Below are positions 1 through 11,589 of a stretch of 64,000 nt of DNA, one piece after another (position 1 is the stretch's first letter; every line of letters begins with the position of its first letter). Below the pieces are notes generated by a model. It was given only the letters and a program-made list of their open reading frames with translations, was not told the DNA's origin and did no database searches. Made by a program: the position numbers and the translations under genes. The stretch comes from Chiloscyllium plagiosum. Its lineage: Eukaryota. The DNA is taken from contig NC_057712.1 in assembly GCF_004010195.1 (NCBI RefSeq), positions 42,533,820-42,597,819 of the forward strand, given 5' to 3'.

Positions 1-326
1 AGGATAAATAGACAAAGTCTTTTTCCTGGGTTCGGGGAGTCCAGAACTAGAGTGCATTGGTTTAGGGTGAGAGGGGAAAGATATAAAGGAGACTTAAGGG
101 GCAACGTTTTCACGCAGAGGGTGGTAACTGTATGGAATGAGCTGCCAGAAGATGTGGTGGAGGCTGGTACAATTGCAACATTTAAAAGGTATTTGGATGG
201 GTATATGAATAGAAAGGGTTTGGAGGGATATGGGCCGGGTGCTGGCAGTTTGAACTCGATTGGGTTGGGATATCTGGTCGGCACCGAAGGGTATGTTTCC
301 ATGCTGTAGATCTCTATGACTCTATA
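1..326 (+). mobile_element. CR1 LINE 3' end (truncated by window edge)
   Basis: ORF2 C-terminal peptide FTQRVVTVWNELP...FKRYLDGYM; 3' UTR ending in CTCTATGA-type repeats. Confidence 0.9.
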
Positions 327-469
327 AATATATTCTTTATCAGTACGGGAATCAAGATTATGGGGAAAAGGCAGGCAAGTCGACTTGAGGAATGTTGGAT
401 CAGCCAAGATCCTATTGAATGACACAGCAAGCTCGAGGAGATGAACAGCCTGTTCCAATTGCTTATCAT

Positions 470-640
470 ATCTCCCAAGGATCTATGTTGTCCTTCCTAT
501 TTCTCATTTATACCCTGCCCTTCACTAACAGTGTCATGCTAGTTTTTGCATGTACTCTAACAGCACTCTGCTTCATCACTCCTCATCCTTTGATTGCTCC
601 ACTGTCTCAAAATTAACAGACTGCTCATTTGACATTATCC
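470..640 (+). mobile_element. Degenerate L2-like RT fragment
   Basis: SQGSMLSFLFLIYTLP resembles the L2 PQGSILGPLLFLIYxLPL motif. Confidence 0.45.
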
Positions 641-1499
641 ATTCATGGGATGCAGACAGCAGTGCGGGCTCTAACTACTGTTGTCAGGTCGCCAAAGAGG
701 GCACTGCATGTCGTAAAATGAGGAGATGAGGCAGCTGTACTGTCAGACAAGTTCCTGACTTGTCTTGCCTTGGTTATGAAAATTTGGCCTTTGGCCCACT
801 CTCTCCACCTTGATTGCCCATCAATAGATCCAGCAATGTCTTCTGTTTGTGCCAAGGGTGCACTAGTCAAGGAAAATTCCTGACATCCAATCAATATTTG
901 TGCAATTAAAGTCCTCCAATCTCACTATGCTATATTTCCTTACCTCTCTGTAGTTTCCCTGCAGATTTGCTGCTCAATATCTCTCACAATTAGGGTACCT
1001 ATAGAATATTCCCAACTATTCCCTTCATTCCCTTTTCACTCATCAATTCCAACCGAAAGGATTCTGACTTTGTGTTTAAGGTCATCCTGTAAATTTAACA
1101 CTACAATGTCTTCACAAAGGAATACTGCCAGCCCACCTCCCATTTTTCCTTCCCCCACTTTTAGAATAGGTTATATCCCAAAATGTTAACCACTCAGCCC
1201 TCTCCACTTTTAAGTCATGCTTCTGTTATTGCCAGTATGTCACATGCCAACACTGCATTTTCTGTTTGCATTTTGATAAGGATCCAGAAATTTAATTTTT
1301 AGTACATTTCAATTTGACTTTTACTTTATCTCCCCAATAACTAATATTTATAATTCTGTTCTTTATCTTACTGGGGTGCAGTTCCCTTTGTGCTATCAGT
1401 CCTCTGGTACCATGCATTCCTTCATGCAATGTACATTTGCAAACTGCAGAAGTAACTGTGGGAAGACAGCTCAACTACCAGCTGCTAAATGACATTAAA

Positions 1500-3130
1500 C
1501 AGAACCATAGAATTGCTATGTAGCAGAAGGAGGCCATTCGACCCAATACATCAGCATAATTCAGTACACTCAATACTGTAGTGCCACACCCCTACCTTTT
1601 ACCCATAACCCTGCATCTCATTTCTATTTTTAAAAAATCATCTAAGGCCCTCCCTGAATGCCTCAACTGAACCTGCCTCCACCACACTTCCAGATAGAGT
1701 ATTCCAACACCTGATCAGTTGTGTGAAAAACTCTCTTTTCACTTTGCATTCTGCGTCTTGTGCAAAATACTAAATCTTTACCCTCTGGTTCTTGATCCTT
1801 TCATGAGGGGTAAAACTGCCTATACTACCCAGACTCCTCATGATTTTGCACAAGGCCTAAAACATTATATGTTTTGTTTTAGAACAGCTCTCTCTACCTG
1901 TCACCGTTAATGACTTATGCACATATACACCGATATCTCTCTAATCCAGCACACCCTTTAGCTCTCCATGTTCTTTGTACCAAAATGTATTACCTCACAA
2001 TTCTCCAGATTGAATCTCATCTGCTATTATCTGCCAACTCTACCAACTTGTCAATGTCTTTTTGAAGTTCTATACTTCTTCCAGAGCTTACAATTCTCCC
2101 AAGTTTTCTGTCATCCATTAATTTTGAAATTGTCTCCCGCACATCAAGATCTAGATTATTTGTAAGAATAAAAACAAGGGTCCCAATATTAACTCCTGGG
2201 GAATTCCAATATAAACCAGCCTTCAACCCCAAAAAACCATCACTCTCTATTTCCAATCAGTCAGATAATTTTGTGTCCTTATTGCTATTATGCCTTTTAT
2301 TTCATGATCTATCGTGTTGCTCACAATTCAGCATGTGGCACTACATCAAATGCCTTTGAAGGTCCATGTAAACTTCATCAACAGCTTTGCCTTCTCTCTT
2401 TATTCTTCAAAAACTCCAGCAAATTAGTTCGATATGTTTTTGCTTAAAAATTCCATACTGACATTTTTGAATTTACCCATATTTTTCTGTGTAACTATTA
2501 ATTCTATTACAAGTTATTGTTTCTAGATGTTTCTACACCACCAGAGTTAAATTGTCTGGCCTGTAATTGCTGGACTGAGCTTTACAACCTTTTTTGAAGA
2601 AGGGTGCAAGGTTTGCCATTGTCCTGTCTTCTAGCATTATCCCTAAATCTAGGCAAGAGCGAAATATTATTGCCAGTGCAATTTCCACTTTCACCTCCTT
2701 CAATACCCTTTGAAGCAACTCATCTGGCCCCAGTGCCTTATCAACTGACAGCACATTCAATGTTTTCTCCTGAGCAATTTTGAACTTTTCTTGTGACTGA
2801 GATTGCATTAGTCATGATAGCTAGGGAGCAAGTACAGGTGCAAAGTATTCACTTAACAATTCAGCCATGTTCTTGCTTTTATGTGTAAACCCATTTTTGA
2901 TCTCTGTTTGGTCCTACACTTCGTACTGGTGACGTGCTTACAGAAGACTTTAGGATTTCCCTTTATCTTAGCGACCAGTATTTTTTCATAATCTCTCTTT
3001 GCTTCTCACTGCCTTCTGAAGCTTTTATAATCAACCTGTTTCTTAACTGTACTTCTTTTTCTGAAACCTGTCGTAGGCAAACTATTTCTTGTTTAATGTA
3101 ATTTTTATCTCCATTGTCATCCAGGGATTT
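1500..3130 (-). mobile_element. Old, decayed CR1 LINE (RT to 3' end)
   Basis: Minus-strand ORF fragments with KALGPD, ANLAPFFKKG, NYRP and ISKLMDDRKLG motifs. Confidence 0.7.
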
Positions 3131-3410
3131 CTGGATTTGTTTATTCTACTTTGTGTTTTGAGAGAATATCCCTCAATTGCATCCAAACAAGTTCCTGATG
3201 GGAAGTAGCCAATTGTTTCGTGACAACCCTTGGTTACAGTCTACTCAACTGAGCTCTGTTCTGTTCTTGTGCCATTAAACAAATGGCAACCAACACAAAC
3301 TAGGAACTGGTGTAACAATGTAGGAATCTATTTATGAAGAAAGTTGTTTATTGACAGAAACTATATAATCTGAAAGATTATTTGCATGAATTACTGACCT
3401 GATTTAAGCA

Positions 3411-4057
3411 TAGGATAGTGAAGAAGGCATTTGGTATGCTTTCCTTTATTGGTCAGAGTATTGAGTACAGGAGTTGGGAGGACATGTTGCAGATGTACAG
3501 GTCATTGATTAGGTCACTGTTGGAATATTGTGTGCAATTCTGGCCTCCTTGCTATCGGAAAGATGTTGTGAAACTTGAAAGGGTTCAGAAAAGATTTACA
3601 AAGATGTTGCCAGGGTTGGAAGATTTGGGCTATTAGGAGAGGCTGACCCGGCTGGGGCTGTTTTCTCTGGAGCATCAGAGGCTGAGGGGTGACCTTATAG
3701 AGGTGTATAAAATTATGAGGGGCATGGATAGGATAAATAGACAAAATCTTTTCCCTGGGGTCGGGGAGTCCAGAACTAGATGGCATAGATTTAGGGTGAG
3801 AGGGGAAAGATATAAAAGAGACCTATGGGGCAACTTTTTCGCACGGAGGGTGGTACATGTATGGAATGAACTGCCAGATGAAATGGTGGAGGCTGGTACA
3901 ATTGCAACATTTAAAAAGCATTTGGATGGGTGTTTGGAGGGATATGGGCCGGGTGCTAGCAGGTGGGACTAGATTGGGTTGGGATATCTGGTCGGCATGG
4001 ATGAGTTGGACCGAAGGGTCTGTTTCCATGCTGTACGTCTCTATGACTATATGACTC
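3411..4057 (+). mobile_element. CR1 LINE 3' fragment (young family, similar to 1-326)
   Basis: LEYCVQFW...LERVQKRFTK, WNELP motifs, CTATGA tail. Confidence 0.92.
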
Positions 4058-5805
4058 ATTAAGGGTAATTTGATTTTGAAACAGCATAATTATATTTGAA
4101 TCTAACCTGCGACTTAGAACTAAAACATCTGAAAATTGTTAATGTGGATATCAAAACAAGAAACAAAGTGCTGGAAAGCACACAACTGGTGTACTGGCAT
4201 CTGAATCGAGAACGCCTTATAAGTGTAAACCTTTCTTCTGAACTCTGTTTTGAAGAATGACTCACACTGAAGCTGTTAACTTGTGCGCAAAGTCTCCAAA
4301 AATCAACTAACCTGTAGCGTATTTTCAGTATTTTCTGTTTTGGTGCTTCTGCAGTTTACAACAGAAAATCTTGAGGTTCATTCTTTCCCTTCCCAATCTT
4401 GTGACTAGAACATATTTACAGACCATATCATTTGCTAACTTTGTACAGACTGAGCCTGGGGCCCCAGCTGGCCCACATACTCAGGATTCACACTTTTATT
4501 TCAAATACAAATACTCATAAGCCTGACATTTTCATGGTGGGGATGGGCATCTTTGGTCAAAAGCAACATTGTGGAAAGTACTGGTACAGCTCTGGAGAAC
4601 TGGGTCAAATTGTTATAAATGGGCAAGGATATGTATCCTCTCGGGTTTATTTAGGAAGTATGAGGGTTGATCAAGTCAAGGTCCTTCTTGCCCACCTTGC
4701 AGTATCTGAAATATAGTATTCTGTAGCTTTCATGGTGTATCACTGAACAGATTCCAGAAAGGAAAATATCAATCCTAAAAAAAAAATCTACAATCACAGA
4801 AGCTTCGCCAGAATATTAGCAGTGAATTACGATGCAGCGATTGACAGTAAACCACTCTACCCATGCATAAGAAGACACATGAAACTTTTAAGAAAGGGAA
4901 AAAGACCTTTGGGAAGATTTACACAATTACATGATTCCTTATGGATTCAGACAAGATGAAATGAATGAAAATGGATAAATGTTTATGGCAAAATTGACGG
5001 TGTTATAGAAAGGGAAGGTTAGAAGATAAATGAAACTAGATCTTAAGAGGCTAAGATGCATAAAGGAAGTCCTCAAAGTGTGGAAAAATCTCAACTAGTT
5101 TCTAGTGTTACAGATTAAGTCAGAAGTAACCGGGCTATAAGAGAACCTCTTTTTCAGGATTCAGAGTTTTAAGTATTCTTTAGCTTGGACCTTGGAATTC
5201 AGACCAAACTTGTCAATAATACTAAATTTGTGCAAATTACTGATTTTGCATAAAACTGATGTATACTAACTGATCAAAGATGTCAATTCTCCAACCTCCT
5301 GAAAAGAATAGTTTATTGCCTGCAATCATTTTGCTTTTTTTCTCCTCAATAAGTGAGCTTTAATCACAAGGTTAACTTCAATTCAATCAAAATGTTTATT
5401 TCCAACAATAAATCTAAGAATTTATTACTGAAGTGCAAAGATCTTCATATACCAACTGATGTCACTGCACCTTTGTGCATGCACTGTTGCTATATAAACT
5501 GATTTCTCCGAAAGAAAATGTAAAGGTTTGGGGGGGGTGGGGTTCACAAAAAGTATTTAAAATTTAGCATCATTCTCCAATGTTTCAATTTCATAACACA
5601 AACTATTACGTAGGAGAGAGAAATTAAAATGCATTTGGAATCCTGAAAAACAGCACAAAATTCTTCTCAGAATTTCAAAGCAACAAACGTTTTGTCATAG
5701 CCCTTGCCAAGACAGGTAGCAAAACTCAAGGTCAATACAAAAGAGAGTTGATTGACCACTACCAGCACTTGTCTTTTAGACTGGGAGTACTTCACCGTAC
5801 TATAC

Positions 5806-5916
5806 CTCTGGAGATGGGATTCGGCGTTCAGGGGAGTCTGGTGACTTATAAGGAGTTGATGTTTTGCTGTTTGTCAACCATGGTTTATCATAATTGCGGA
5901 TTAAATGTTGGGATGT
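5806..5916 (-). CDS. DST: DST cassette exon (111 nt): TSQHLIRNYDKPWLTNSKTSTPYKSPDSPERRIPSPE
   Basis: cacag|ACA ... GAG|gtatag; 37 codons, phase 0/0; RNYxKPWLTNSK matches the recalled spectraplakin alternative exon. Confidence 0.9.
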
Positions 5917-6414
5917 CTGTGTGAAACAAGGATACATTGAAAATGAATGGAAATTAAGACAATAAAATAAAATGATCAGGAATAAACACAGTGTCATGGA
6001 GGAGGAAATGCAAATATGGAGGAGTAAAAGTTTAAAAATACAATGATGAAGATCCACTCTGTGACTCCCTTCAATTGAGGGGTCTAAATGTGAGTCAGGT
6101 TAGTAAGCAATCTGCGATATCTGGCATGCATTTAGCTTTCTTCGATTAGTGGGGTATTGCAAATGCACACTCGCTATTTTTTCACAATAAATTCCTAATA
6201 ACAAAACTGAAGTTGGATTCAAGCTTAATGGTCGCTATGGTAGTGTAATTAAGGTAACAAAATAGCAGCTTAAAAGTGAGATTGCTGTAACAATGCAATT
6301 AAGCAACACACAGAAGCCAACAGACTGAGTGCTACATTGGGTTAAAATAATTGGCTTGCCAAAATACATAGGTCACAGGAAACAACTGGAAGTGACTGTG
6401 CTGCTCAACATTAC

Positions 6415-6608
6415 CTTAGGAGGTGTACTTGTAGTTACTGGTGGAACTGAAATACTCTGACTGGCACTGGAGGTTGACCTGTTTGGCGAAGCGGCCCGTG
6501 ATGATGGCCGTGACCTACGACCCCGTGATCGGAAGGCAGCCACAGACTGACCGGTGGTTTCAGGAAGCATGAATTTTTCACGCAGTTCAACATTTGTTCT
6601 GCCCTTTG
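6415..6608 (-). CDS. DST: DST exon (194 nt): (A)[16 protein letters not shown]...[17 protein letters not shown]...TSTPPK
   Basis: ctgcag|CA ... AAG|gtaatg; phase 1/0; basic Ser-rich microtubule-binding tail. Confidence 0.95.
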
Positions 6609-7129
6609 CTGCAGAGAGGAATAAAACAATAGTTCAAATTCTAATCACTGGTGTTGACATGATCCAGCACCAAACTTGCAATAACAAGGTGAAGTGTGGA
6701 GAGAAAATAAAAGAGTACAGGAGGACTAAAAGGTGGTAACAGAACGATGAAACAACACTAAAATCTGAATTAATAGCCTATCCATACCAGCAACAGAACT
6801 TGCAACAGCAGCACTCAACATTTGGGCTTGTGTATGTATGGAGCATGACATGAATTAGCCCAGCAAAATTCAGAAAACTTAAATGGAAATAAAAAGAAAA
6901 GTTCTGATCTTATTAAATGTTTCAGTTCAGATTCACACTGTGAGCTACGCAAGAGTTTGAACTCCACTAACATCATGCAGTCAGTTTAAGAAAGCCCAGG
7001 GACCCATGTAAGCAAACCCAACTCCAAAAACTTGTGCAGAAGCTCAAAACAGCACATCACTTTCAGGCAGAACAGATATGTACATTCCACTTAGGAGGAT
7101 GCTAAATATCAGACAAGGTGACCACTTAC

Positions 7130-7144
7130 TTGCAGTGAGTATTA
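7130..7144 (-). CDS. DST: Candidate 15-nt DST microexon: (V)ILTA(T)
   Basis: Strong acceptor gacttttttcttttacccgcag|, consensus donor AA|gtaagt, length divisible by 3, open in the phase-1 frame; no recalled protein match. Confidence 0.55.
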
Positions 7145-7358
7145 CTGCGGGTAAAAGAAAAAAGTCATATAAGCAACTTCACATGCATTTCAAAATGGCC
7201 GATCATTCTGTATTTGGTTAAAAAAACTAAAAGCGCATTGGATTACAGTTCTCTTTATAAAAAAAACATGAAAAGCCTGCTGTCAGCTGCCATGTGGGTT
7301 AAGCCATACAGAATAGGAAAGCACACAGTGGAAAGAAAAGAGACAGAGGATTGCCAAC

Positions 7359-7427
7359 CTATAGGAGACTGACTGGTAATTGAAGAGTTTGATTCCGAAC
7401 GCAACATTTTACTCCCATGATGATGAA
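7359..7427 (-). CDS. DST: DST cassette exon (69 nt): (V)HHHGSKMLRSESNSSITSQSPI
   Basis: ttctag|TT ... ATAG|gttggc; symmetric phase 1/1; peptide matches the recalled DST alternative segment. Confidence 0.9.
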   Translation of the reverse strand, partial: FIIMGVKCCVRNQTLQLPVSLL

Positions 7428-7941
7428 CTAGAAAAAAAATGGATAAAGGGATTGCATCACATCAAAGGAAATGGAGAAGAAACCTTTAGTAGGAAACAGG
7501 AGCAAGCAAAGGATTGACAAAACAACACCCATGAGATCATTTAAGCTGCTTCTAACATACAAATAAGCTAACAACTGCAGAATACTCAAGATATTAAAAA
7601 ACCTCCATCTTTGCAGATACAGAATTTAAATTTTTGTCACGTTATTTACTTAAAAATCATTACATTCTCTACATTCCTTCTTACTCCCCTTCCAAACAAA
7701 ACACCAGTAAAGTTGGTGGTTCTTGGTGACAAGGTAACACTTGCAGCTTTGACTCAAGTGACGTGCTTTGAATCTGAATTCAGACCGAGGTATCAATTGG
7801 CTAATAAAAGTGGACATACGGGTGAGCTTAATCCATTCCACTTACACTTAGTTTTCAATAAAGAATCAGCAATCTGACTGATTATTTTTCCCCACCGTGG
7901 CTTATTATGGCTGAGGTCAATTCTAGTTCGTGAAGAACACG

Positions 7942-9240
7942 CAGTGCTGCCAACTCTCCAGGGTTGGTCTGCAATCTCCCAGAATTAAAGATTAATATCC
8001 AGTTCAATATTATGAGAAATATTCAAAGAAATATTATACAATCTTCAAGAGGAAGTGCATGATGTTTTCATTTTCTTTCAGCACTTCCATTTATTAGTTG
8101 TAAAAACATTGGAAACAGGTTGTTTAACTGATCAATGGTGCTCTGCTGGGATCAGTGCTGGGTCCACTTTTGTTTGTCATTTATATAAACAATTGGGATG
8201 AGAATATAGGAGGCATGCTGCATATGACAGCAAAATTAGTGGAATAGTCAACAGTATCTGAGATTATAAAGGGATCTTGAGCAATTGGACAAATGGGCTG
8301 AGGAGTAACAGATGAAGTTTAATTTGGATGAATGCGACGTATTGCATTTTGATATAACAAACATGGTCAGTCCTTATACAGTTATTGAGAGGGCCCTGGA
8401 TAGTGTGGTTAAACAAAGAGACCTATAGGTTCAGGTACATAGTTGTTTGAAAGTTCTGTCACAGGTAGACAGGATAGTTTGGCATGCTTGCCTTCCTTGC
8501 TCAGTTCATTGAGTACAGGAATTGGAACATCGTATTGAGGTTCAGGACGTTGGTGAGGTCAAGTTTAGAGTACTATGTATCGTTCTGATCTCCTTGCGAG
8601 AAGAAGGATATTATTAAATTGGATAGAATTCAAAAAAGATTTGCAAGGATGTCAGGATTGGAGAGCTTGAGTTATAAGAAGAAGCTGGATAGGCTAAGTG
8701 TTTTTTCAGTGGTGCATAGGAGGTTGAGGGGTAACTTTATAGAGGTTCATAAAGTCACAAGGGACATAGGTACGGTAATAGCCATCTTTTCCCTATGGTA
8801 GGGGGAGTCTTCCAAACCAGGGGATGGGAGGAGAGAGATTTATAAGTGACCTGAAAGGCAGCTTTTTCACACTGAGGAACTGCCAGAAAAAGTGGTAGAT
8901 GCAGGTACAATTACAATATTTAAAAAAACATTTGGACAGGCACACGGATAGGATAAGTTTAGAAGGATATGGGCCAAACGCAGGCAAGTGGGACTAGTTT
9001 AGTTTGGGAAACTTGGTTGAAATGGATGAATTGGACCAAAGGGGCTGTTTCCAAACTGTGTGACTCTATGACTCTAATAATGAATCTTTCAATCAGGTAG
9101 CTAAGAAGCTGTTACACTACACTTGAGCAGAAGAATGGGATAGATTCTGGCATGAACGGCAGGACAGAGGGGTAGGACAATTGCAGACAATTGATCATGT
9201 GGTGAGACCTTCAGAAATACATCCAAAGTGGGCAATAGTA
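7942..9240. mobile_element. Possible ancient non-autonomous hAT-like element split by a CR1 insertion
   Basis: Left end GCTGCCAACTCTCCAGG...AGAATTAAAGATTAAT and right end TCATGTGGTGAGACCTTCAGAAATACATCCAA...GGCAA resemble a recalled ancient vertebrate MITE with TAGGGTTGCCA ends; terminal inverted repeats (TIRs) are degenerate. Confidence 0.4.
8130..9075 (+). mobile_element. CR1 LINE 3' ~0.95 kb
   Basis: GSVLGP region, DRIQKRFARM, TGACTCTATGACTCT tail. Confidence 0.88.
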
Positions 9241-9443
9241 CATATCTCATTGATCCACTATTGATGCCTGTTCCAAGCTATATTTGTCCTGAGACTGCTC
9301 TTTTACTAAATAAATGGCTAAAAATTCCACTAACAAACAGGCAAACATACAAATGTCATGCGGTGTATTACGGCACATGACAAGAGCTCATGGTGTTGAA
9401 GTTGTGATTGACACAGCCAGTCAAAATACAGTTCACAACCTAC

Positions 9444-9561
9444 CTCTGCAGGGGTCATTTTTCACCAGAAACTCATCAAGTGCCATCCAGCCTCCTCCAA
9501 CACGAACCATGACAGTACTGCGCAGGATACGGACTAGCCGCAGCTGCTGCGAGTCACCAAA
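9444..9561 (-). CDS. DST: DST exon (118 nt), GAR domain: [39 protein letters not shown]
   Basis: ttgcag|TTT ... AG|gtaggt; VRVGGGW GAR signature; phase 0/1. Confidence 0.97.
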
Positions 9562-9949
9562 CTGCAAAAAGAGCAGCAAGAAACAGCTTAGCAGCTGATT
9601 AACTTTAACAGTGAGAAATCAAAAAAAGAATATTGCAATGAATTTCTCTTCCAATTCGTAATCATTGTTTTAAACAAGCATTTAATTTTTGCAGTTGCAA
9701 GCTTAATTTCCAATCAGTTTGCACAGCTAATTTGAAAGATAAAGAACAATTAGAAGGAAAAGCAGCAGCAGAGACATTTTTATACCCCAACAACTGTGCA
9801 ATTATTAAAATAAGCCACTGGAAAATAGATTGGGAAAGCCTCTCCAGGTCCAACTCATTTATACTTGGAAAGCCACAAAGCAGCAGTTACTGGCTTTTAG
9901 CACACAGCACAACAGGTAAAACACATCAGACATTTATGTTGTTCTGTAC

Positions 9950-9967
9950 CTGATTTCCCAGGAAGAA
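9950..9967 (-). CDS. DST: DST 18-nt microexon within GAR domain: FFLGNQ
   Basis: Long pyrimidine tract, branch-point-like GACTAAT, acttag|TTC TTC CTG GGA AAT CAG|gtacag; peptide identical to the known spectraplakin GAR insert. Confidence 0.92.
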
Positions 9968-11137
9968 CTAAGTCATGGAAGAGAATATGAAGAAAAAGAA
10001 AATTAGTCACATCAGCTTTGGTTTTGAAATATAACAGTGCTCTTAAATGACTGTATATTTATTTACAAAATTCAAAGTGGAATTTCCAATTTTTATACAA
10101 GACAACTAAGGCCAGTAAACAAACCTGCTAAGGAGTGTGTTGAGATTCTTGTATTGTAACAGGGTACAGATCTATTCATTTTTATTCTTTTGATAAGTTT
10201 GTTTTTGCTTGCTTTCTTCTTTTCTGAACTAATGATGTAACTTGGGCTACAATTAGATGTTAACAACTCTCCAGTCCCTCATTCAAGTGATCTATTTTGT
10301 GTGAAGCTGGAGAATAACTGTCATGTTTTTTAACACTGTGCTTTCAATATCATGCAAGGTATCGTCGTTGCATCTCATCCTCACTGGACATTCACACAGT
10401 ACACCCCCAGTGTAAGTCATCAGGAGCTGCAACCCCACATGATTTATCAACTTGCCTTCCTGACTCAGGAATGACAAAGCCAATTGCCTAGGGTGAGACT
10501 GTCTCAGCACAGACTTGAAATTGAACAGTCCCTCACTTCCATGGCATAGGGCCACACACATTGATACACTTTACCAAAGCCATCAATTTACTCAAATACT
10601 TTTCTAAAACAATCAACAGTGATTAATTTATTTGCCATTGCTACCCATTTGAAATTTTACAATACAGATCTGTCTTTTACATATGTTCCTCAACAACGAG
10701 GTACAGTCTGACAAAATCTTAGTTAACTTTGTTGGTATTGAGAAGCAATATTACATCAGACAGTCCAGGCTGCACCTACCTGCTAAATTGTTAAGTTAAA
10801 ATGTCTAGGGCTCATAAAATGATAGCACAAACACATCATAATTTTCAAAATCGGATAGCGACGGCTCACTCAAACACTATCCTCCAGTCAATAGCTGGAT
10901 GGAGGACTACTCGCTGTAGTTGTATTTATTCCTATTTGGAAGCCACATTTGGTGTTATTGCAGCAATCAAGGGTATTAATAGGCTCTAGCAATTACCTAT
11001 AGTCATTGCTCACACTGGCAATTGACATTTCTAGCTTATTGCACCTGTCTACTTGCCGGGAAATTTCTATGCAAATATGCATTAAAAACAGTTTAGGCAA
11101 AGTCCTTTTTACATCAATATATTGTGGGAAAAGTAGT

Positions 11138-11255
11138 AGAAAGTGTGGACTGCAAATGCTGGAGTTCATGAAGGGCTTATGCCCGAAACTTCGATTCTCC
11201 TACTCCTCAGATGCTGCCTGACCTGCTTTGCTTTTCCAGCACCACACACTCGACT
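11138..11255. mobile_element. Penelope-like terminal-repeat remnant with damaged hammerhead core
   Basis: ATGAAGGGCTTATGCCCGAAAC (stem GGGC/GCCC); same family as 26675-26971. Confidence 0.65.
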
Positions 11256-11589
11256 ATTGTGGGAAAAGTACCAAGCATACAAAGGGGTTGCAAGACTATT
11301 CTTTTTCAGATAGCCCCACTCACACAGCCCAACTGCGCAATCTGTACAATTGTACACTATGTGGATAAGATAATGATAGAAAATGACACATGCAATGTAG
11401 CTTGAATATTTATGAACATCTGTTAAAGTTTCAATATTTTTCCCTGAAATTGAGAGATTTTCAAATATGATTAGTGAAATAGTAATTAACATAGGAAAAA
11501 AAAACAAACAATGCATGTATGTTACATTAAAAAGAGACGTAAATATTGTGGATATTGAAAATCACTTGGAAGTTTTAACTCTGTTTCTA

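Noticed and set aside
643-894. 83-aa minus-strand ORF as the next DST exon
   Set aside because: No similarity to the expected GTPIQGSKLRLPGYLSGKG or GSR-repeat exons, which must lie beyond the window start
6062-6085. Short imperfect palindrome centred on CAATTG
   Set aside because: Too short and mismatched to distinguish from chance
10855-10918. Imperfect hairpin (TCCTCCA/TGGAGGA) as a pre-miRNA
   Set aside because: Stem is short with large asymmetric bulges
6008-11082. Octamer ATGCAAAT motifs at 6008 and 11069
   Set aside because: Isolated 8-mers are expected by chance in AT-rich DNA, and there is no supporting context
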